This document shows positions 31,808-36,805 of a stretch of 36,805 nt of DNA, piece by piece (position 1 is the first letter of the stretch; every line of letters starts with the position of its first letter). Source of the DNA: a virus; the IMG/VR virus record IMGVR_UViG_3300037882_000860, positions 1-36,805 of that record. The stretch is one strand, 5' to 3'. A program made the translations under genes and the position numbers. The notes beneath the pieces were generated by a model. That model searched no databases, was not told the DNA's origin, and saw only the letters and a program-made list of their open reading frames with translations.

Positions 31808-32087
31808 GTATTACCGTGATGTCAGTTGCAGCACTGGTCACAATGGTCAAGCCAATATGAAATCTACAATGGAAATCAAGCTCGAAAGTGTTCTGCGTCA
31901 ATGTTGCTGGCATTGTAATCGTGGCAATCTTTGCACCACTGGCCGCTGTGTTGTTGTAAACAGTGATAACACCGGACGCCACCGAAGTGTTTACTATGAT
32001 TTTAACAAGCTTGCCTGCGCCTGATTTCACAACCGTGGTGGTCGCCGTCGCAATATTAGTAAAGTTAAAACCTACGCTACTAGTCAT
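31800..32087 (-). CDS. 95-aa beta-rich hypothetical virion-module protein
   Basis: ORF track; directly downstream of the portal gene. Confidence 0.5.
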   Translation of the reverse strand: MTSSVGFNFTNIATATTTVVKSGAGKLVKIIVNTSVASGVITVYNNTAASGAKIATITMPATLTQNTFELDFHCRFHIGLTIVTSAATDITVIHD

Positions 32088-32088
32088 G

Positions 32089-33606
32089 TTAAGCCCCTTG
32101 TTGTTGTTGAACCGCTGCCTGTGCCATAGCTTTTTGCATTTGCTCTGCCGCCGCTGGAAGGCGTAGCAATTTAGCTGGAGCGCCAGTCATCTCGTTAAGC
32201 CATTGTGGGAACTTCTCTACTTCGTAAGAGGTTAGAGCAAGTTCTGGGTTGATGGCCTGAATCATTTGATAATTCTGCATTACCTTCTGCACCTCTTCCG
32301 CCTGTTGGGTCTGGGCGATAGGCGAGGTAATCTTTACCTTGGAATAAAGGTTGTCTAGCTTGAACTCATCTTTGTTGATATTGATAAGCCCCTGACGTGC
32401 CAGAATGCCAATCATCCGCTTGAACATGGGTTGAATCAATTCAAACATCCCACGGCCATATGCTGAACCAATGTTGATTTGAAACTCTCTCATGCGCAGA
32501 GCAATCTCGAATGCGGTTTTAGGCTGAGGAGTCTCGGCTGGTAAACGGTTATCGAGTAATGTTTTCCTGATTGAGTCCTTCAGGTCATTCATCATGTATT
32601 CTTGAAGCTGGAAGTTCGTGCTCGTGTCCAACCGTTGAATAGTTGGGCCGTTCTCGCCGTTGTTACGCTCAACAGGAATAAAGGTATTCGGAGCAATGTT
32701 AATCGTATTTGGGTTTAACGCACCATCGGAGGTGATTGTGTACACACCAGCAACATCGAGAGCAGATGTTCTGAGTAGGTATTCTTTCAGCTTATTGATT
32801 GTCTTTGTATCAGCAAGGGAAAGAATGAATGGGCCAACACCATAAGGGTTGCCAGGTATCTTCAGCCAGCGAGGCGTGAATACCATTTCTTCTTCCATCT
32901 CTTCGTAATAGATACAATCATCCTCGATAATCACGTCATAGCGGTGCTTAAACTCTTCGTAATCGTAGTAAAACACCTCGTGTAAGCATATTTCCTTTTC
33001 AGGGTTCTGCTTAATATCTGCGGCAATCTTGTTTGGAATCTCTGCTTTAGGCCATGTTACCTTGATTAGGTTGCCCTTCATGTTGTGCTTACGAACTCGG
33101 AAGTCCACGCTTCCGTTAGCACCTTCGTCAATACCAATCTGACTAATTGGGGTACACACAAAGTTAAAGGGGTTAATCCTATCGCCCTCGTATAACCACA
33201 GGCACCCAGTGCCTATACCCCACTCGAAATACATCTCGGTAACGGCTGAGGCGAAGTTAGAGGCGTTCAAATATGCAAAGATGATATCAGTGATAACATC
33301 AAGCCCTATCTGAACCTCTTGCTTTTTCTCTTCTGGCCAGCCTTCACCCGGTTCAAGCGATGCCCACTTAGTAAATGGCGGGGTAAAGTTGCTTTGGATG
33401 GTGTTGATAAAGTTCTGGGCGCTAATCTGACCTGTAGAATCATATTGCCTAGTAGGGGTGTTGTGGCTCATGCCCTGCTTAGAGAGGGTATTGCGATATG
33501 GGCTATAGAGTTCATAGCAGTCATCGAATAGATTTCTGTTGGCATCCCTTACGTTGAATGCCTTCTGTGCTCTTTCGAGCAATTTGCGGGGTTCTGTTTT
33601 AGCCAA
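32089..33606 (-). CDS. portal (T7-type head-to-tail connector)
   Basis: 505 aa. N-terminal ...LFDDCYELYSPYRN... and overall organisation typical of the podovirus connector family. Position after the terminase. Confidence 0.8.
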   Translation of the reverse strand: MAKTEPRKLLERAQKAFNVRDANRNLFDDCYELYSPYRNTLSKQGMSHNTPTRQYDSTGQISAQNFINTIQSNFTPPFTKWASLEPGEGWPEEKKQEVQIGLDVITDIIFAYLNASNFASAVTEMYFEWGIGTGCLWLYEGDRINPFNFVCTPISQIGIDEGANGSVDFRVRKHNMKGNLIKVTWPKAEIPNKIAADIKQNPEKEICLHEVFYYDYEEFKHRYDVIIEDDCIYYEEMEEEMVFTPRWLKIPGNPYGVGPFILSLADTKTINKLKEYLLRTSALDVAGVYTITSDGALNPNTINIAPNTFIPVERNNGENGPTIQRLDTSTNFQLQEYMMNDLKDSIRKTLLDNRLPAETPQPKTAFEIALRMREFQINIGSAYGRGMFELIQPMFKRMIGILARQGLININKDEFKLDNLYSKVKITSPIAQTQQAEEVQKVMQNYQMIQAINPELALTSYEVEKFPQWLNEMTGAPAKLLRLPAAAEQMQKAMAQAAVQQQQGA

Positions 33607-33820
33607 GAGTGGTACGCCCTGCTGGTGTTACACCTGTTTCGCCACTTGTAAGTAATGAAGCGCGAGCCGCACTTCTGCCTCTACGCGCTGCCAAGGACGC
33701 GGCGTCTTTACGCTTCGTCTCGGTTTCCTGCGCTTTAATCCGCGCCTCTTGCTCTGCTAATGATTTTTGCTGTGCCGATGTATCAGGAACCTTCGGCTTA
33801 GGCGCTAAGAATCCACCCAT
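33599..33820 (-). CDS. 73-aa basic/Ala-rich protein upstream of the portal gene
   Basis: ORF track; overlaps the portal start by 8 nt. Confidence 0.45.
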   Translation of the reverse strand: MGGFLAPKPKVPDTSAQQKSLAEQEARIKAQETETKRKDAASLAARRGRSAARASLLTSGETGVTPAGRTTLG

Positions 33821-33847
33821 GTTATCCCCCCATTGTGGTTACATGGT

Positions 33848-34243
33848 TTATAACATACTATATCTAGTGATGCAAGCGTGTTTTATCGGCAATGCACCAG
33901 CCTTTAATAATTCAAAGTAGAGCGCCTTTGGTGTAAACAATCTTGAGCGTATCCCCAAAACACGCTTAACTGCGCTGACACAAGTATAAGGCTCGATATA
34001 GGAACGCTTGTAAATACCACCATAATAAACCGTATGGCTTAGGATTGCAGTTACACCACGTCCAAGCTCGCTCTTCACCACGTCTTCGAGTGTCATCGGA
34101 TGTGTTAGCATTGCCGTTGCGTGGCTTAGTGGGTTGTACTGGATTACTTGCCCACCGATATCTCTGAATAGGTAAACGTGCTGGAATTGCTTATCTAGAA
34201 ATGGCTTCCACCATCCGCGCCCTTCGTGTGAACGGTCAAACAC
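33848..34243 (-). CDS. 131-aa hypothetical protein (GTG start, weak SD)
   Basis: ORF track; no recognisable motif. Confidence 0.45.
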   Translation of the reverse strand: MFDRSHEGRGWWKPFLDKQFQHVYLFRDIGGQVIQYNPLSHATAMLTHPMTLEDVVKSELGRGVTAILSHTVYYGGIYKRSYIEPYTCVSAVKRVLGIRSRLFTPKALYFELLKAGALPIKHACITRYSML

Positions 34244-34266
34244 TACAACCCATGTTTGCGGTTCAG

Positions 34267-34446
34267 TTAGGCGTTCCAGAACTTCCTCATTCGCTCTTTT
34301 TGTACTGCGTCCAGCTTCTCACCTATCGGTTTGAATTCTTCATCATCCATATCATGAATTGTCCCGTCCTTTAGCGTAACCCGCCAGAAAGAAGGTGTGC
34401 CGCGCATGTCTGGCGCTATAAAGTCAACTGTTTGTATGTTTTCCAT
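34267..34446 (-). CDS. 59-aa hypothetical protein
   Basis: ATG 34446 in a TGATG overlap with the terminase stop; MENIQTVDFIAPDMRG... Confidence 0.5.
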   Translation of the reverse strand: MENIQTVDFIAPDMRGTPSFWRVTLKDGTIHDMDDEEFKPIGEKLDAVQKERMRKFWNA

Positions 34447-35984
34447 CAGAATACACTCCACTGAACCGGCTTAGTCACTGCCGTTGTTAAATGCCTCATA
34501 CCAGCATCTGTTGCCGTTTTAGCTATTGGCTGTGCAAACGTCAAGGCACAAGCGTCTGCATAGTCGGGTGAATAGCCTAGTTCTTTCTTGATATCTTCCT
34601 TGGGTATCATCACCATCTGGCTGTTGTTAATCCATTTAGCCTTAACCACTGCAAGCTCTGATTGTAGTTTATCAGCATCCTGCATCGTTAGCCCTATGTG
34701 ACACGGCTCGTCTTGCAACCAATCCCTAAGCGTTGAGTACATCTCTGCGCGCTTATTCTTGAACTTATCGCTATTCGTAGCGCTTCCACCAAAGTCAACC
34801 TTGCGCGCTATTCCGCCAAAACCAATGGCTCTAAGCCTGTCGTAAACCGCAACACCAAGGCCACCAGCGTCTATGTTTACAATAGCAGGGTTGTATTTGT
34901 TAATCTCTTGCATGAGTAGCTGTGTGGATTGCTCAAGCTCACTCGCTGGCAGTGTTTTAATGTCGAGGATATTACGCCCGCGCCTTCTACATATCACAAA
35001 TCTATCACCACCAAGCCTTGCGGGGTCAACACCGAATATCATAGGTGCTTCGGTTGACACAGGTTTGGCATCACGCGCACGCCTCACCCATCCAGATTTG
35101 ATAAACGCCTCTTCATCGTTAGCCTCAAAGGCTTCCTGTGGTGTAAATGGATACTCTCTCTTGAATAAAGCTATCTGACCGTGGAAATCATTGGTTATCT
35201 TATGTTTGCGCCAGATTAAATGCTCTTTTGTGAGGCCGTCCTTCTCGAAAAGGTGAAGATACTCACGCTCTTCTTCGTCTAAGGCGTAGTCATCATCCTT
35301 TCGCTTGTATTCTTCTTGCCAATACCAAGGGATAAACACCAGCTCGAAATCACCCTTGCCAGATAGCGCTTGCATACAGGTGCGGTGAAAGAAGTCACCC
35401 TGACCGTTAGAGGTAGATTCGAGGAATATCGCCGTTCCGTCTAGGTCTGGCACCGCCTGCATGATTCCCATGGCGTGGTCTTCGCAGTTTGGGGAGTAAG
35501 CCACCTCTGACCAGTGCAATTGCTGGATGGTTTTAGAGCGGCCTAGACCTGAAGTGCCAGCCGTTCCCACCTTGTATGAGCTATTGATAAGCGGGAAGCT
35601 CATTTCCTTTTGTGATGCAGCGCCTAAGTTTGGCTTTAGGTCGTCATATACGCCTTCATGGTAATACGTTTGCACCATCTTATAGAGAGAGCCTGAACCA
35701 TCAGAGTCATGGGCAAAGATGAACGTTAGCGTTCCCTTACGTGTAATGGTGCGGTGATAGAGATAGCCACCAATGAAAGTGGAAAGTCCTTGCTGCCTAC
35801 CCTTTAGAACTGCGAGCCTAACCTTACCTGTGCGACTTAGCTGGTTTTTGATGCGTGATTGTAGGTATAGCTGGGCTTTATTGAAGTTGAATGGGATTAA
35901 CTGGCCTTCCTTTGAGCGAATCACTAATTGCTTCTTAGCGAATAGCTCAAAATCAGCCTTGAGTTGTTCCTTCAGAGTCATCAT
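34446..35984 (-). CDS. terL: terminase large subunit
   Basis: 512 aa. Walker A-like VLKGRQQGLST, a nuclease-half pattern, and position before the portal gene. Confidence 0.9.
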   Translation of the reverse strand: MMTLKEQLKADFELFAKKQLVIRSKEGQLIPFNFNKAQLYLQSRIKNQLSRTGKVRLAVLKGRQQGLSTFIGGYLYHRTITRKGTLTFIFAHDSDGSGSLYKMVQTYYHEGVYDDLKPNLGAASQKEMSFPLINSSYKVGTAGTSGLGRSKTIQQLHWSEVAYSPNCEDHAMGIMQAVPDLDGTAIFLESTSNGQGDFFHRTCMQALSGKGDFELVFIPWYWQEEYKRKDDDYALDEEEREYLHLFEKDGLTKEHLIWRKHKITNDFHGQIALFKREYPFTPQEAFEANDEEAFIKSGWVRRARDAKPVSTEAPMIFGVDPARLGGDRFVICRRRGRNILDIKTLPASELEQSTQLLMQEINKYNPAIVNIDAGGLGVAVYDRLRAIGFGGIARKVDFGGSATNSDKFKNKRAEMYSTLRDWLQDEPCHIGLTMQDADKLQSELAVVKAKWINNSQMVMIPKEDIKKELGYSPDYADACALTFAQPIAKTATDAGMRHLTTAVTKPVQWSVF

Positions 35985-36183
35985 CTTCCTCGAAGATTGA
36001 GCGGCGAATCTCTACTGCCATATCCTTTGGCATAGCCTTACCTATTAAACCAATAAACGCCGTTGGATTATCTCTGGCCTGTGTAACAAGGTAGCTCTTG
36101 CCACCCACTTCATCTAACGCAGCGATGACCATATCCTTTATGGCTTTTGACTGAAGATTGGTGCTTCCCTTTGGCCTTGCCAT
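35953..36183 (-). CDS. putative terminase small subunit / DNA-binding packaging protein
   Basis: 76 aa, MARPKGSTN... N-terminus. Overlaps the terL start by 32 nt. Assignment is mostly positional. Confidence 0.45.
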   Translation of the reverse strand: MARPKGSTNLQSKAIKDMVIAALDEVGGKSYLVTQARDNPTAFIGLIGKAMPKDMAVEIRRSIFEEDDDSEGTTQG

Positions 36184-36216
36184 AAAATACCGTTGTTTAT
36201 TTTAACCCATTGTTAA

Positions 36217-36339
36217 TTAATTGCCTTTGTGTGGCGGATAGCAGTGGATGATTTTACCTGTGTACAAGTCACGAATGCAGTAATCTGCATATGCATTGCT
36301 AGCCGTTAAAGCGATGATGATTGTTAATAACGTTTTCAT
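36217..36339 (-). CDS. 40-aa secreted mini-protein (signal peptide plus 22-aa two-Cys mature part)
   Basis: Strong SD AGGAGG 5 nt before the ATG. MKTLLTIIIALTASNAYA / DYCIRDLYTGKIIHCYPPHKGN. Below the track cut-off; translated by hand. Confidence 0.55.
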   Translation of the reverse strand: MKTLLTIIIALTASNAYADYCIRDLYTGKIIHCYPPHKGN

Positions 36340-36364
36340 GATACCTCCTATAGTATCATTTCCC

Positions 36365-36393
36365 ATCATAAAGGCAAGCAAAATCAATGTCAA
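36365..36393 (-). promoter_or_regulatory. near-consensus sigma70 promoter of the leftward (structural) operon
   Basis: Minus strand TTGACA-N17-TATGAT (complements of 36388-93 and 36365-70). Confidence 0.65.
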
Positions 36394-36426
36394 GGTAAAA
36401 ATGTTGCTTTTATCCTACTTTTGTTA

Positions 36427-36455
36427 TTGACTAACACGACTAAGCGATGTAAGTT
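36427..36455 (+). promoter_or_regulatory. sigma70-like promoter of the rightward early operon
   Basis: TTGACT (36427-32)-N17-TAAGTT (36450-55). The spacer contains GACTAAcacGACTAA. Confidence 0.6.
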
Positions 36456-36503
36456 GTACTCATGGATGCGGGAATCAACCAGCACCGAAACATAGGAGTC
36501 GAT

Positions 36504-36805
36504 ATGGAAGACAACTACCACACAGGATTTGACCACAGCCAGCTTGATGGTGACGGCATATCCTCTGAAACAGAAACTGCAAACGAGGCATATAAAGGCT
36601 GTATGGTTGCCGTTGCTGCGGTGCTTCGTAACTATTCAGACGCGCTGGTTGATTATCCAGATGCAACGATATTCGGGGCGCTCTCGGACTTGCTGCTAGA
36701 TAGTATACCACTGGCCGAAACACCTGAGCTTAACGATGTGTTTTGTGAGCGCTTGTTCAAATACGCAACTAAGCAGGCTGATAGCTACGATATTTTACCA
36801 CAACA
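36504..36805 (+). CDS. 5' part of the wrap-around first early gene; strongly acidic 116-aa protein
   Basis: SD AGGAG 5 nt before ATG 36504 (an in-frame ATG also exists at 36462). I count 20 D/E against 7 K/R over the full protein. Confidence 0.6.
   Translation, partial: MEDNYHTGFDHSQLDGDGISSETETANEAYKGCMVAVAAVLRNYSDALVDYPDATIFGALSDLLLDSIPLAETPELNDVFCERLFKYATKQADSYDILPQ
36707..36805. repeat. 99-bp block identical to 1..99
   Basis: Direct comparison. Confidence 0.95.

Noticed and set aside
36475-36723. 82-aa minus-strand ORF at the window end
   Set aside because: Antisense to the first early gene, downstream of nothing on the minus strand, and would face the strong rightward promoter. Its composition is Pro/Arg/Gln-rich.
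1-36805. CRISPR arrays, rRNA, an integrase/attP or a diversity-generating retroelement (looked for because the structural module resembles BPP-1-like podoviruses)
   Set aside because: There are no regularly spaced repeats, no reverse-transcriptase-like ORF, no template/variable repeat pair near the fibre genes that I could see, and no tyrosine or serine recombinase motifs in any ORF.

Overview
The window is a complete tailed-phage genome of about 36.7 kb. Its first 99 bp are identical to its last 99 bp, and one ORF reads through that junction, so the unique unit is about 36,706 bp. I saw no rRNA, canonical tRNA, CRISPR array, integrase, DNA polymerase or RNA polymerase.

Layout:
- A back-to-back sigma70-like promoter pair lies at 36365..36455.
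- A rightward early operon runs from 36504 across the junction to 1494. It holds tiny, translationally coupled genes and ends in a strong terminator.
- An inverted two-gene module on the minus strand spans 3827..1730: an XRE-type HTH followed by a Toprim primase / RepA-like helicase.
- A long rightward operon spans 3918..13687. It encodes a Gp157-like protein, a Sak4-like AAA_24 ATPase, a DUF669 protein, an HNH endonuclease, an SF2 helicase, a VRR-NUC nuclease, HTH proteins, RNase H, many small orphans, a Lar-like zinc ribbon and a polytopic membrane protein.
- A leftward late operon spans 36339..13768. In order it encodes a secreted mini-peptide, small and large terminase, a T7-type portal, scaffold, major capsid, tail tubular proteins A and B, four internal (ejected) virion proteins, two tail fibres and a lysis cassette.

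The structural gene order is T7-like, but replication and transcription appear host-dependent.

Most interesting observations:
- Near-identical 13-23 nt gene-junction cassettes (SD + stop + start) recur in the early regions, with a visible cassette-insertion scar.
- A ParB/Srx-like domain sits inside an ejected internal virion protein.
- A compact divergent switch lies between the HTH-primase module and an AT-rich orphan gene. It shares a 9-mer with the early promoter.
- A GC-rich structured intergenic element has a tRNA-like closing stem followed by GCCA.
- A signal-peptide mini-gene sits at the head of the late operon.
- The first early gene encodes a strongly acidic protein, in an Ocr-like position.

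All functional calls come from reading motifs in the supplied translations. No database search was possible.
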